64,000 nucleotides of DNA from NCBI GenBank assembly GCA_016186955.1, contig JACPKP010000003.1:258290-322289 (forward strand), read 5' to 3'. Below, piece by piece: positions 1 through 9,682 of the stretch; within the stretch, counting starts at the first letter, position 1; the number at the start of each line of letters is the position of its first letter. The position numbers were made by a program, and so were the translations under genes. The notes beneath the pieces were generated by a model, which searched no databases, was not told where the DNA came from, and was given only the letters and a program-made list of their open reading frames with translations. This stretch comes from Candidatus Daviesbacteria bacterium (GTDB taxonomy: Bacteria; Patescibacteriota; Microgenomatia; Daviesbacterales; UBA10151).

Positions 1-166
1 AAGACATTGAAGAAGAAAGTGATGGATTAAGCGCTGAAGCCTTGGATATTTTACACAATCTCGGTATGTAACGCGCCTGCCTGAGCGGTTTTTCCTTGGT
101 GGCATATGTACATCATGTACATATGGGGAATTCTTGGTGGCCTAAGGGTTGAAATTTGATCAGGTA

Positions 167-694
167 TTAATAATCTTTAGGGTTAGGGGGAGTTTTTCCT
201 CTGATGAATGCGATAGTCTGATCTTTCATAAATTTGCCCATTTGCTTGGCCAAATTCTTCATATATGTATCAGCTTCCAGGCTTAAAACATCTATCTCAA
301 TGATATGCCATGGAGGGTTTAACTCTTTTGATTCAGAGACAATGTATGTCTTAATGCCTTCTTCCGCAGGAGTTATTCTGCACTCATAAACCCCCGAAGC
401 CTTTCTTTTAAGAAAATAAAGAAGCCTTTTTTCTTCTTGGTCTCTTTCATCAAAAGCCAAAGCCACTGGTTGTTCAGGAAAAACAGGTAACAGGTTTCGT
501 CTGTCATTCTCATCCCATTTAAAAAACCTGGCTGATAAAGTAAAGCTTTTTCCCAGGATGACAACTTCCGGTTTTGCTTCAGTTTTTATTACTCTTTGGA
601 TAAACTTCGGACTTTCTGTCATAAGCAGAAATATTATAACATGGATGTCAAATTCCGGAAGTGAAATAGTTCCACCCTTAACCAAACTATACAC
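167..694 (-). CDS. hypothetical protein (175 aa)
   Basis: Long ORF on minus strand; no motif recognised. Confidence 0.4.
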   Translation of the reverse strand: MYSLVKGGTISLPEFDIHVIIFLLMTESPKFIQRVIKTEAKPEVVILGKSFTLSARFFKWDENDRRNLLPVFPEQPVALAFDERDQEEKRLLYFLKRKASGVYECRITPAEEGIKTYIVSESKELNPPWHIIEIDVLSLEADTYMKNLAKQMGKFMKDQTIAFIRGKTPPNPKDY

Positions 695-787
695 GGCCGT
701 AGTACTTTTGGCAAAAATAAAACTCCGTAGCTTTTCGCATATTGGTTTGGAGCAATTTTAAGCCTGATTTGGTATACTTATCAGGTT

Positions 788-2113
788 ATGCCATCAAAAA
801 TTTTTGATTTAATTGAGGCTGAAAAGCAGAGGCAGAAAAACGGGTTGGAGATGATCCCGTCTGAAAACTATGTCTCGGAAGATGTTTTAAAAGCCCTCGG
901 GTCTATTTTAACCGACAAATATTCTGAAGGCTATCCCGGCAGACGCTACTATGCGGGTAACAGATTGATTGATGAGATAGAGATAGAAGCCCAGAAATTG
1001 GCCAATAAAATTTTCGGGACAATTTATGCCAATGTTCAGCCTTATTCAGGTTCCCCGGCAAATTTTGCAGTTGACTTAGCACTGGCAGGGCCGGGCGGTA
1101 CTGTTTTGGGTTTAGACCTGCCTTCCGGCGGGCATCTGACCCATGGAACTAAGGTCAGCTTTTCCGGGGTATTTTTTAATGCGGTAAACTATCATGTTGA
1201 TAAAGATGGGCGGGTTGATTTTACAGAAGCTGAAAAACTGGCCCAGGAACATAAACCAAAGCTGATTTGGGTTGGAGGGACGGCATATGTCTACCGATAT
1301 GAATTTAAAAAGTTTGCAAAAATTGCACAAAGTTGTGGCGCATTTTTAGCAGCAGACATCTCCCATGTTGCGGGACTTATAGCAGGAGGATCCCATCCTT
1401 CCCCTACGCCATATGTTGATGTGATCACCACCACCACCCACAAAACCCTGCGGGGCCCCAGAGGTGCGGTGATTCTTATTACACCAAAAGGATTCAAAAA
1501 AGACTCGGAGATAACAAAAAGGATCGACCAGGCAGTTTTTCCCGGGCTTCAGGGAGGGCCACATAACCATCAGACAGCTGCGATTGCAGTAGCGTTCCAG
1601 GAGGTTTTAAAGCCGTCTTTTAAAAAATATGCCTCACAGGTTGTAAAAAATTCCAAAATATTAGCACAGGAGTTGATGGCAGGAGACATAAAATTGGTTG
1701 GTAATGGTACAGAGAACCATCTGATGCTAATAGACCTGACCAGCTTAGGGTACGGGTTGGGATATCAGGCGCAAGTTGCCCTGGAAACAGCAGGAATAAC
1801 AGTCAATAAGCAAAGCTTGCCTTTTTCTGACGAAAAAGGTAAAAATACCTCCCCCTTTTACCCTTCAGGGATTCGTTTGGGCACCCCTGCTTTGACATCA
1901 AGAGGTATGAAAGAAAAGGAAATGATAAAAATTGCCGGGTGGATAAAACAGGCGCTGGGAGAGGTCAAAGGACATGATTTGCCAAAGGAAAAAACAAGCC
2001 GGGCGGAATTCATACAAAGTTATAAAAGGGAAGCTTTAAAAAACAAGAATCTGTTAAGGATTAAAAAAGAGGTGGAGGAATTTGCAAAAAAATTCCCGGC
2101 GCCGGGGTTTTAG
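788..2113 (+). CDS. glyA: serine hydroxymethyltransferase
   Basis: 441 aa; SHMT hallmarks MIPSENYVS, TTTTHKTLRGPRG (PLP-lysine region), tetrahydrofolate-binding segments. Confidence 0.95.
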   Translation: MPSKIFDLIEAEKQRQKNGLEMIPSENYVSEDVLKALGSILTDKYSEGYPGRRYYAGNRLIDEIEIEAQKLANKIFGTIYANVQPYSGSPANFAVDLALAGPGGTVLGLDLPSGGHLTHGTKVSFSGVFFNAVNYHVDKDGRVDFTEAEKLAQEHKPKLIWVGGTAYVYRYEFKKFAKIAQSCGAFLAADISHVAGLIAGGSHPSPTPYVDVITTTTHKTLRGPRGAVILITPKGFKKDSEITKRIDQAVFPGLQGGPHNHQTAAIAVAFQEVLKPSFKKYASQVVKNSKILAQELMAGDIKLVGNGTENHLMLIDLTSLGYGLGYQAQVALETAGITVNKQSLPFSDEKGKNTSPFYPSGIRLGTPALTSRGMKEKEMIKIAGWIKQALGEVKGHDLPKEKTSRAEFIQSYKREALKNKNLLRIKKEVEEFAKKFPAPGF

Positions 2114-2118
2114 ATTGT

Positions 2119-2180
2119 CATTGCGAGGAGCGTAGCGACGTGGCAATCTCTTGTAAATAAGATCGCCACGCTCCGCTCGC
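2119..2180 (+). promoter_or_regulatory. long imperfect inverted repeat (hairpin) between glyA and folD; terminator/attenuator or palindromic repeat element
   Basis: tgtcattgcgaggagcgtagcgacgtggc ... gccacgctccgctcgcgatgaca; shares gagcgtagcga core with palindromic element at 3128-3196. Confidence 0.4.
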
Positions 2181-2181
2181 G

Positions 2182-3033
2182 ATGACAAAGGAAGTAGATA
2201 TGGATGAGCAAAGCTCTTCTTTGAATAAAATCATTGACGGAAAAACATTGGCGCTAGAACATGAGGAAAAGTTAAGGCAAACCCTGGCCCAATTTAAAAA
2301 CGGGCGCCTGCCAAAACTGGTCAGTTTTGTAAACAAAAACGATGAACCTTCCGTAAAATATACAAACATGAAATCAAAAAAAGCAGAGGCACTCGGGATC
2401 CAATTTATCACCAGGAAAATTTCCCCCGGGACAAAATACTCATTGATCACCAGGGAGATTAAAAAATATAATGTTGACCCTTCAATAGACGGGATAATGG
2501 TGCAGCTGCCTATCCCTGAGAGTGTTTTAGATGGGAAATTACCCAAGGAGTTGTTGGATAAAATTTTACCAGAGAAGGACGTGGATGGTTTAACTGAGAG
2601 ATCTCAATATCTGCCTGCCACAGTCAAAGGGGTGATGACAATTTTAGAATCCGAGGGGGTTTTGGGGAAGGGTAAAGTGATCAGAGTGTTGGGAGGGGTG
2701 CATGGGATGGTGGGTTCAAGTTTGGTAAAAGCGCTTCATGGAATGCATGAGAAAGTGATAGGGGTGTCCAAATCTGATCCGGCAATAAAGACTTTAGCCA
2801 GGTGGGCGGATATTTTAATCAGTGCGGTGGGACAGCCTAATCTTGTAACTGAAGATATGGTCAAACCCGGGGCGGTGGTGGTGGATGTCGGCAAAGATGT
2901 TGATACTGAAAATGTAATGAAAAAAGTTTCCAGGATTACCCCCAAGATTGGTGGTGTCGGCCCCATGACAGTTATCTCTTTGATGGAAAATGTGACTGAG
3001 GCATTTTGCCGAAGTCATCCTGAGCGATCCTGA
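2182..3033 (+). CDS. folD: bifunctional methylenetetrahydrofolate dehydrogenase/cyclohydrolase
   Basis: 283 aa; N-terminal IIDGK, C-terminal GGVGPMTVISLMENV typical of FolD; nucleotide-binding loop divergent. Confidence 0.85.
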   Translation: MTKEVDMDEQSSSLNKIIDGKTLALEHEEKLRQTLAQFKNGRLPKLVSFVNKNDEPSVKYTNMKSKKAEALGIQFITRKISPGTKYSLITREIKKYNVDPSIDGIMVQLPIPESVLDGKLPKELLDKILPEKDVDGLTERSQYLPATVKGVMTILESEGVLGKGKVIRVLGGVHGMVGSSLVKALHGMHEKVIGVSKSDPAIKTLARWADILISAVGQPNLVTEDMVKPGAVVVDVGKDVDTENVMKKVSRITPKIGGVGPMTVISLMENVTEAFCRSHPERS

Positions 3034-3127
3034 GCTTGCCGAAGGAGAGTCGAAGGATCTGATAAATTTTCCTAGCTCGTGATTTCGCGAACCGTTTTCT
3101 AGAAATTAATTAGTATTTACCAGTAAA

Positions 3128-3196
3128 CTGTCATCCTGAGCGTAGCGAAGGATATAATTAAATTATATTCTTCGGCTTTCAGCCTCAGAATGACAG
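3128..3196. repeat. long imperfect palindromic element (GTCATCCTGAGCG...CGAAGGAT family)
   Basis: ctgtcatcctgagcgtagcgaaggatataatt/aattatattcttcgg...cagcctcagaatgacag near-perfect hairpin; related fragment at 3030-3060; spurious minus ORF 3117-3353 spans it. Confidence 0.6.
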
Positions 3197-3284
3197 GTCC
3201 GCTGGGAAACACTGAATAGTTACGTTTTCTATGCTCGCAATAATTTATGGAACATGTTAAAATAAATGCTAGAAATTTTAGGAG

Positions 3285-3509
3285 GTGAAAATTATGATAG
3301 AAAAAGAAAAAAGGAATGAACAGGAGAGAGAGTTTTTTAAAGCGCTTGCACAAATTAAATCATTAGCTGAGTTGAGAGCGCTGATTGGTGAATTTACTCC
3401 AGAAGAGAAGGCATTAATTGATAGTTTGGATCTGGATACCCCACTAACAGAGGAAGAATTAGAGTTTGCTCATGCTTTTAGAGAAAGAATGATGCAAGAA
3501 TTTAATTGA
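3285..3509 (+). CDS. small hypothetical protein (74 aa)
   Basis: ORF only. Confidence 0.3.
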   Translation: MKIMIEKEKRNEQEREFFKALAQIKSLAELRALIGEFTPEEKALIDSLDLDTPLTEEELEFAHAFRERMMQEFN

Positions 3510-3548
3510 GAATCTGCAAATCAAGCAAAAATGATATAATCACACCAT

Positions 3549-3827
3549 ATGGGTTTAATGGATAATATAAAACAGCTTGGGGATTTAAAGAAAATGCGCG
3601 ACCAGGCGATGGAGGTGCAAAAAAAACTCGCCGGGATAAAAATCACTGTGGAGCACAAAGGTGTAACTGTGGTGATGACAGCTGACCAAAAACTTATATC
3701 CATCTCCGGCGAGCAGGATTTTGAAAAAATTACGGAGGCTGTCAATGAAGCATTGAAACAATCCCAAAAAGTAGCCGCTGAGGAGATGAAAGGTTTAATG
3801 GGCGGGATGGGACTTCCCGGAATGTAG
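3549..3827 (+). CDS. ybaB: nucleoid-associated protein YbaB/EbfC
   Basis: 92 aa, KKMRDQAMEVQKKLAG... typical YbaB; sits directly upstream of recR as in the classic operon. Confidence 0.85.
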   Translation: MGLMDNIKQLGDLKKMRDQAMEVQKKLAGIKITVEHKGVTVVMTADQKLISISGEQDFEKITEAVNEALKQSQKVAAEEMKGLMGGMGLPGM

Positions 3828-3831
3828 TTAA

Positions 3832-4428
3832 ATGGCTACAATTCCCAAAGTGGTGCGCGATCTAATAGAAGCTTTTGAGCGGCTGCCGGGTATCGGGCCT
3901 AAAACTGCCCAGCGCCTGACGTACTATCTGCTGCATGCCCCAAAAGAGGAAGCAAAAGCTTTGGCAGAGTCAGCGCTGGCTCTGAAAGAAAAGACCGTTA
4001 TCTGTTCGGTATGTTTTAATATTTCAGAAGCTGACCCTTGTGAAATAGACCAAGACAGCGCCCGTGAGAAATCAATTATCGCTGTTGTGGAGGATCCCCT
4101 GGATGTTTTGGCGCTGGAGCGGGCCAATTTTCAAGGACTTTATCATGTTTTGCATGGGAGCATCTCTCCCATGGATAACATCGGCCCTGATGAGCTGCAT
4201 ATCCGCGAGCTTTTGCCCCGTTTAAAAGACGGGATAGTCAAAGAGATAATTTTAGCAACCAACCCGACAATGGAAGGGGAAGCAACTGCTATGTATATTG
4301 ACAGGTTGATCGGGCCGCTGGGTGTAAAAGTGACCAGGATTGCCAGGGGGCTGCCTGTAGGCGGGGATTTAGAATATGCTGATGAGACAACCTTAACTAG
4401 GGCTTTAGAAGGGAGAAAAGAATATTGA
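3832..4428 (+). CDS. recR: recombination protein RecR
   Basis: 198 aa; RLPGIGPKTAQRL helix-hairpin-helix, C4 zinc finger CSVCFNISEADPCEIC-like, Toprim. Confidence 0.92.
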   Translation: MATIPKVVRDLIEAFERLPGIGPKTAQRLTYYLLHAPKEEAKALAESALALKEKTVICSVCFNISEADPCEIDQDSAREKSIIAVVEDPLDVLALERANFQGLYHVLHGSISPMDNIGPDELHIRELLPRLKDGIVKEIILATNPTMEGEATAMYIDRLIGPLGVKVTRIARGLPVGGDLEYADETTLTRALEGRKEY

Positions 4429-4475
4429 TCATTTTGACTACGTCGCTAGACAACCTTCTCTTTGGGTGGGTGGGG

Positions 4476-5159
4476 CTAGTTAAAATCCTCAGGATTAATT
4501 TCCCAGGGTAGTACAAAACCATCATTTTCTTTTGCCAACTCGTAAAGCTTTACATGATCTTCTAAACTTTTTGCCTGGAAGTAAATTTTCCCGTCACCTG
4601 TAAATCTATCCACCTTTAATTCTAATCCTCTCCAGGTACAGTTTAAGCCATACCCCAAAGGATGCCCCGCAGTATTTTGGTTTCTTTTCTCCAACTCTTG
4701 CTTTGCCCTTTCCGTAATGTCGCTTAGTATAACTATTTGGGGGTTTGTCTGATTGGGATAAAATTTTTGCAATAATCCTCTTGAAAATGCTTCATATATC
4801 GGCGAAAATATGCCTGCAACAAAACTATCACTTCCTGCAATCATACTCCAGTCTCTCCCGCAGGCTTCTTTAGCAGCGGCAGCTGAATAAAGGATTTTCC
4901 AGTATAACCTGTGATCATCCCTGCCCTGATCCCAAACAGGCCTGCCCTTACTCTTTCTTGCAGCTATCACTGCCGGATCAGTTGGCGCTATGTGATTAAG
5001 GATTCCATCATTCCAGAGAATTTCAATAAAATCTTCCCTGGTTTGTTCATCTAAGATGAAAAAAATGTCCAAGGATTCCTGCAAAGAATCTTGCCAGGTA
5101 TATTTAGTCCGTTCGTTAAACATGGGAAAAATTATATCAAATTTTTGCACCAAAGTCAA
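4476..5159 (-). CDS. hypothetical protein (227 aa)
   Basis: ORF only; no recognisable family. Confidence 0.4.
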   Translation of the reverse strand: MTLVQKFDIIFPMFNERTKYTWQDSLQESLDIFFILDEQTREDFIEILWNDGILNHIAPTDPAVIAARKSKGRPVWDQGRDDHRLYWKILYSAAAAKEACGRDWSMIAGSDSFVAGIFSPIYEAFSRGLLQKFYPNQTNPQIVILSDITERAKQELEKRNQNTAGHPLGYGLNCTWRGLELKVDRFTGDGKIYFQAKSLEDHVKLYELAKENDGFVLPWEINPEDFN

Positions 5160-5173
5160 CCTATAGTGCGCTG

Positions 5174-6388
5174 TTATGATCTTTTTAGAGGGAGTGCAAT
5201 TGTAAAAGTTGTGCCTTTGCCCAAGGCGCTTGAGACTTTAATTTTACCCCCATGCACTTTTATAATTTGAGAGGTGATAAAAAGCCCTATGCCCAGGCCC
5301 TTTTTATATTCACCTGAACCAGATGCGCGTTTGAACAGATCAAAGATTACTTTTTGGTCTTCGGGGGAAATTCCCATACCCCCGTCACTAATTATAAATT
5401 TTGCCCAAGACCGGTCCTGGGTAATTTTGATATTAACCGGTTTTCCCGCACCATACTTTATTGCATTAGAAAAAAGGTTAGTGATTGCCTGTTCGATTTT
5501 GACCCTGTCCCACTTTCCTTTAACAGCATCTTGGCCATGAACTGTTACTTTATACTTTTTCTGCTTTAACATTTCAGAAAAACTCTGTTTTACCTGTTTT
5601 GTTATTTTAACCAGGTCAGTATCTGTAAGATTTAAATTCATTCTACCGGTTGTGATCAAAGAGACATCAAGCAGCTCACTGATCATTGAATTGATCCATT
5701 TTATCTGCTGCTGGGAATTCTCTAAGACTGCTGTTAATTGCTGGATTGAAAAATCTGCCATTGAGACGTTTCTGATGCTATTTAACATATCAGAAAGCTT
5801 TAAAAGCATTACTGTAAGAGGTGTTTTTAGTTCATGGGAGATTATGGAGAGGAATTCATCCCTGGCTTTAATTTTCCAAAGCGCAGCTTTGTGTTCATCT
5901 GACAACTTTGTAAATGCTATTGCATAAGATCTTTCCCGCTCTTTTAACCGCCTTACCTCATCACTTTTTTTGGCTAATTGAATTAAGTAAGAAATTACAA
6001 CTGATACAGATATAAAAAAAATAAGTTGAATAAGGAGTATTAAATACCCGTTGGGATTACTGAGTAGAAAGTATAGCTCCAGTGAAATAATCCCGGAGAC
6101 AAGTAGCGCCATTTTAAAGTTGGACAAAAAGGCGCTGAGGGCTGCAATGAGTAAAGAAAAAAGAAGGATAGGTGTTTTATCAGGGTAGTTTTTAAATGAA
6201 GAAATTAAAATATATATTAAAGAAGCTGAAAGTATATTGAAGCCAGTTATGAGGGCAAACCAAGAAAATTTTTGCGGAGTTATATTTTTAATACCAATCT
6301 TAGCCAGCCATTTATATGGAATGTGTTTTTTTGAATGGTTATATAAACTGATATATAGTTTGTTTTCAAAAAAACGGCTGTTTTCCAT
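5174..6388 (-). CDS. membrane sensor histidine kinase
   Basis: N-terminal multi-TM region; HisKA H-box SHELKTPL; HATPase_c N/G boxes NLFSNAIKYG, GGMGISPED, GLGIGLFI. Confidence 0.85.
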   Translation of the reverse strand: MENSRFFENKLYISLYNHSKKHIPYKWLAKIGIKNITPQKFSWFALITGFNILSASLIYILISSFKNYPDKTPILLFSLLIAALSAFLSNFKMALLVSGIISLELYFLLSNPNGYLILLIQLIFFISVSVVISYLIQLAKKSDEVRRLKERERSYAIAFTKLSDEHKAALWKIKARDEFLSIISHELKTPLTVMLLKLSDMLNSIRNVSMADFSIQQLTAVLENSQQQIKWINSMISELLDVSLITTGRMNLNLTDTDLVKITKQVKQSFSEMLKQKKYKVTVHGQDAVKGKWDRVKIEQAITNLFSNAIKYGAGKPVNIKITQDRSWAKFIISDGGMGISPEDQKVIFDLFKRASGSGEYKKGLGIGLFITSQIIKVHGGKIKVSSALGKGTTFTIALPLKRS

Positions 6389-6463
6389 TGTAATTACAAA
6401 CTATGAAAAATATAACAGATCCTGCTTCAAAAATCCAAAAGCGCCTGTCTCTTTACACAAAAA

Positions 6464-6472
6464 TGGTATAAT
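6464..6472 (+). promoter_or_regulatory. extended -10 promoter element (TGgTATAAT) for response regulator gene
   Basis: tggtataat ends 7 nt upstream of TTG start at 6480. Confidence 0.35.
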
Positions 6473-6479
6473 TTAAAGA

Positions 6480-7403
6480 TTGCAAAAAACTATCCTTGTC
6501 GTTGAAGATGACGACGAGCTGAGAAATTATTTAAAAAAAATTCTGGCTACGCATCACTATAAGGTAGCAGAGGCGGCTGATGGGGCAGCAGCGCTTGAGG
6601 CTGTTGAAAAATTTTCCCCTGATTTAGTGCTGCTTGATTTTGGACTCCCAAAAGTTCCGGGGGAAACTGTTTGTGTAAGGATTAAACAAGACCATCCCGA
6701 GATTATTGTCATTGCGCTAACTGAGAAAAAGCAAAGTAAAGATGTAGTCCACGGGTTGCAAATTGGGGTGGATGATTATATAAGCAAGCCTTTTGTGCCG
6801 GAGGAGTTAATAGCCAGAATTGATACCAGATTTAAAACAGTTCCAAATGGGAATATGGTATCCGAAGAAGAATCAAATACAAAGCAAGGGGAGGAAGCCG
6901 TCAGCAAAGGCAAGATAACTTTTAGGGAGAGCCTGGCCTTAATTGTTATAAGGATTATTTTAACTGAAGCTATTTTTGGATTTTCACTGTTTCTTTTGAG
7001 TATGCTAGATTCCCTTGCAAGCTCTTACGTAAACTTTAACCTTTTTGGTTTGTATGCCCTATTTTTTATAGCAGGATTTTTGGTTAATTTAGTAGTCATA
7101 TGGTATATTGCTTTAAAATGGACTTCAGAATATACAGAAGTATCCAGGGATGGGGTTATCAGGTATAGCGGGATTTTACATAAAAAAGAACAAAAGTTTG
7201 CCTGTAACTTTGTGGAGGCTGTAACTATTGAACAATCATTTTTAGGCCAAATTTTCAACTATGGCACAATTGAACTATATGACCCAGCTTTAAAAGAGCG
7301 CGTATATTTAATAAACATCTCAAGTCCTAAGGTATATAGTAAAAGGATAGAAAAAATTGTAGAAAAACCTGATACCCAACCCATGCCATTTGTCGCTCCG
7401 TAA
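6480..7403 (+). CDS. response regulator: receiver (REC) domain fused to two TM helices and a bacterial PH (bPH_2/YdbS-like) domain, no DNA-binding domain
   Basis: REC: LVVEDDDELR...DLVLLDFGLP...DDYISKPF; then two hydrophobic helices and RDGVIRYSGILHKKEQKFACNFVEAVTIEQSFLGQIFNYGTIEL matching bPH_2 pattern; TTG start. Confidence 0.75.
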   Translation: MQKTILVVEDDDELRNYLKKILATHHYKVAEAADGAAALEAVEKFSPDLVLLDFGLPKVPGETVCVRIKQDHPEIIVIALTEKKQSKDVVHGLQIGVDDYISKPFVPEELIARIDTRFKTVPNGNMVSEEESNTKQGEEAVSKGKITFRESLALIVIRIILTEAIFGFSLFLLSMLDSLASSYVNFNLFGLYALFFIAGFLVNLVVIWYIALKWTSEYTEVSRDGVIRYSGILHKKEQKFACNFVEAVTIEQSFLGQIFNYGTIELYDPALKERVYLINISSPKVYSKRIEKIVEKPDTQPMPFVAP

Positions 7404-7405
7404 TA

Positions 7406-8368
7406 CTAAAAATTTTGGAGAACTTGGATTAAATGCTGCAAGCTTTCCCAATTGTGTACTGATACTTGCAAGATTTGTTTTTTTGTCCTGCTCAAAGCTT
7501 GAATTTTAATATCCAAATCAGTTTTTTCTACGAGGTCGGATTTGGTGAGAAGAATGATTTCTTGTTTCCCTAAAAGCTTAGGATTAAATTTTTCAAGCTC
7601 ATGGTGGATGATTTTATAATCATTTAAAGGATTGGGGGATTGGGAGGAGATACAATGGATTAGAAGATTTACTTTCTCAATATGACCCAAAAATTTATGT
7701 CCCAACCCTTTACCTGTCCAAGCACCCTCAATTAAGCCTGGTATATCTGCCAGAATTTTACCCTCTAATACTCCTAAGTTAGGTTCCAGGGTTGTGAAAG
7801 GGTAGTCTCCTACCCGGGCCTGCGCTTTGGTAAGCTCGTTTAATAGGGAACTTTTGCCAGCATTAGGCAGGCCAATTAAACCAATATCAGCAATTAATTT
7901 AAGTTTTAGTTTTAGCTTTTTGACCTGACTTTTCAACCCGGGCTGAGCATATTTTGGAGTGGTATTTGAAGAAGATTTAAAAAAATGGTTTCCTCTCCCG
8001 CCCAAACCCCCTTTTGCCAGCAACACCCTTTGGTTTAAATGATTTATTTCAACCGTTGTACCTTCCTGATCTGTTAGAAGTGTTCCTATAGGGACTTCCA
8101 AGCTTAAGTCTTTTCCATTGCCGCCTGATTTTCTATTACTTCCTCCGGGTTGGCCATTTTGTGCTTGCCAGATATTTTTTGTTGAGAATTTGCTTAAGGC
8201 ATAAAGGTCAGAAGTTGAATTCACATAAACATCCCCACCTTTGCCCCCATCTCCTCCATCCGGGCCGGCTCCTGATTTAGGATAAAAAGACACACGTCCC
8301 GGACCGCCATTTCCTCCTAAAACAGTAATTTCTACCTCATCAATCAACATAAAGGTATGGTAACACAT
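7406..8368 (-). CDS. obg: GTPase Obg/CgtA
   Basis: Obg fold N-terminal glycine-rich GGNGGPG..GGDGGKGG; G domain GLIGLPNAGKSSLL, DIPGLIEGA. Confidence 0.9.
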   Translation of the reverse strand: MCYHTFMLIDEVEITVLGGNGGPGRVSFYPKSGAGPDGGDGGKGGDVYVNSTSDLYALSKFSTKNIWQAQNGQPGGSNRKSGGNGKDLSLEVPIGTLLTDQEGTTVEINHLNQRVLLAKGGLGGRGNHFFKSSSNTTPKYAQPGLKSQVKKLKLKLKLIADIGLIGLPNAGKSSLLNELTKAQARVGDYPFTTLEPNLGVLEGKILADIPGLIEGAWTGKGLGHKFLGHIEKVNLLIHCISSQSPNPLNDYKIIHHELEKFNPKLLGKQEIILLTKSDLVEKTDLDIKIQALSRTKKQILQVSVHNWESLQHLIQVLQNF

Positions 8369-8453
8369 GCCCTTGTTGTGCTACACTTAGCAAATCAACA
8401 AACCATTTTATGTCAGCGGGTTTCTTTATAACCTAAAACTACAAAAGATTCTT

Positions 8454-8846
8454 TTGCTTCAACAAAAAGATGATATAATCTCTGATTGGTCTACCCTAGG
8501 AGGAGAAAGCATAGAAGGTGAAAATGCTCAAGCTGCATTCTTGCGGGTAGTGAAAGAACTTCTTAGCATTGAGCTTAAAATGAAACAGATTTATCCTGTT
8601 TATGACTATTTTCATAACACTCTGGGTAAAATTAATTATGTATTCTACGCTGAAGTTAAAAAATCTTTAGACTTCAATCCTTTAAAAGAGAATATTTCAT
8701 CATCTTGGGTTACTTTTTCAGATACTTTAAAACTTCTATTTTCTGTTCATACCAAACAGGATGTAATAGTGGGAGAAAGGGTTATACACTTAAAAGAGCG
8801 CCAAGATGAAGCCAGCCAACAGCTTGACACCCTCCGGGTGTATTAG
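8454..8846 (+). CDS. hypothetical protein (130 aa), possibly degenerate Nudix-like; C-terminal codons lie inside repeat B
   Basis: weak REx2EExG-like LRVVKELLSIELK; last 7 codons (QLDTLRVY) are encoded by repeat copy starting 8826. Confidence 0.3.
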   Translation: MLQQKDDIISDWSTLGGESIEGENAQAAFLRVVKELLSIELKMKQIYPVYDYFHNTLGKINYVFYAEVKKSLDFNPLKENISSSWVTFSDTLKLLFSVHTKQDVIVGERVIHLKERQDEASQQLDTLRVY

Positions 8847-8916
8847 CCATGCACTACGAAGAGTGCATGGCCCTGAACCCCTAGTGGTTCATGGGCTTTC
8901 CACCTTCTCTTTGGGT
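8826..8916. repeat. 91-bp dispersed repeat B copy 1 (three internal hairpins)
   Basis: identical to 9486-9576: tgacaccctccgggtgtattagccatgcactacgaagagtgcatggccctgaacccctagtggttcatgggctttccaccttctctttggg. Confidence 0.9.
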
Positions 8917-8920
8917 AAAT

Positions 8921-8958
8921 GGGCAGATTACAATCCTGAGCTTGCCGCAGAACTTACT
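8921..8958. repeat. 38-bp repeat A copy 1
   Basis: tgggcagattacaatcctgagcttgccg..., near-identical copy at 10080-10117; related atcctgagcttgccgaagg at 3035-3056. Confidence 0.8.
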
Positions 8959-8981
8959 TCTTGTGCAATGGTATTCCACAT

Positions 8982-9445
8982 TTAGTCTTGCCTGTCTTGC
9001 AAGGCCAGGCCTTGTGAACTTTTTAGATCTTCACATATGTCAATTGATAATCTTTTACCTGCCCAGCTCCCAACTCGTCTTATATGAACTATATCTCCAG
9101 GCTTTGGTGTTACTTTTTTTAGATCATCAAACCCTACAAGCTCTACATCCGTTAATGTCACGTTTTCATCTGAATATCGTGTCGGATTTAATGGGTATAT
9201 GGCGCCCAACCCATATGCACTCCATCTCTATCTTTCGGATGATATTCTTCAACTTTTCCAATAATATATATTTCGTGAAATACCATTTCTCTTCCCCAAA
9301 AAGTTTTTATAAGTTCCCCACTCTCATTTGCTTGAACCAACAATTCATTTGCTGTTTTTTGTTTTCTGAGTATCTCCTCTACCACTTCAAGAGGACTTTT
9401 ACCCTGATTCAATTCAGTCATGATATGGTATATTAACAGGAACAA
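8982..9445 (-). CDS. hypothetical protein, two overlapping ORFs (8982-9209 and 9188-9445) probably one frameshifted gene
   Basis: ORFs overlap by 22 nt in different frames inside repeat-rich cluster. Confidence 0.3.
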
Positions 9446-9457
9446 AACAAATTATCA

Positions 9458-9482
9458 ACCCTAATCACTACGTGGGCGACGA
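9458..9482. repeat. 23-bp repeat C copy 1
   Basis: ccctaatcactacgtgggcgacg vs 10036-10058 ccctaagcactacgtgggcgaag. Confidence 0.7.
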
Positions 9483-9485
9483 GTC

Positions 9486-9576
9486 TGACACCCTCCGGGT
9501 GTATTAGCCATGCACTACGAAGAGTGCATGGCCCTGAACCCCTAGTGGTTCATGGGCTTTCCACCTTCTCTTTGGG
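9486..9576. repeat. 91-bp dispersed repeat B copy 2
   Basis: 100% identical to 8826-8916; partial copy of its 3' end at 4453-4472. Confidence 0.9.
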
Positions 9577-9682
9577 GTGGGTTTAAGACCGCCAGACCGC
9601 AAGCTTTGCTGACTTCATACCTAATTACTCAGAAAAATATGCAGGACAATATGCCAGTGCCTAAAAAAACAGATTTGATTAG

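Noticed and set aside
1112-1570. Several 68-74-aa minus-strand ORFs inside glyA
   Set aside because: Antisense to a highly conserved enzyme gene.
3117-3353. 78-aa minus-strand ORF
   Set aside because: Lies entirely on the long palindromic element after folD; translation of a hairpin repeat.
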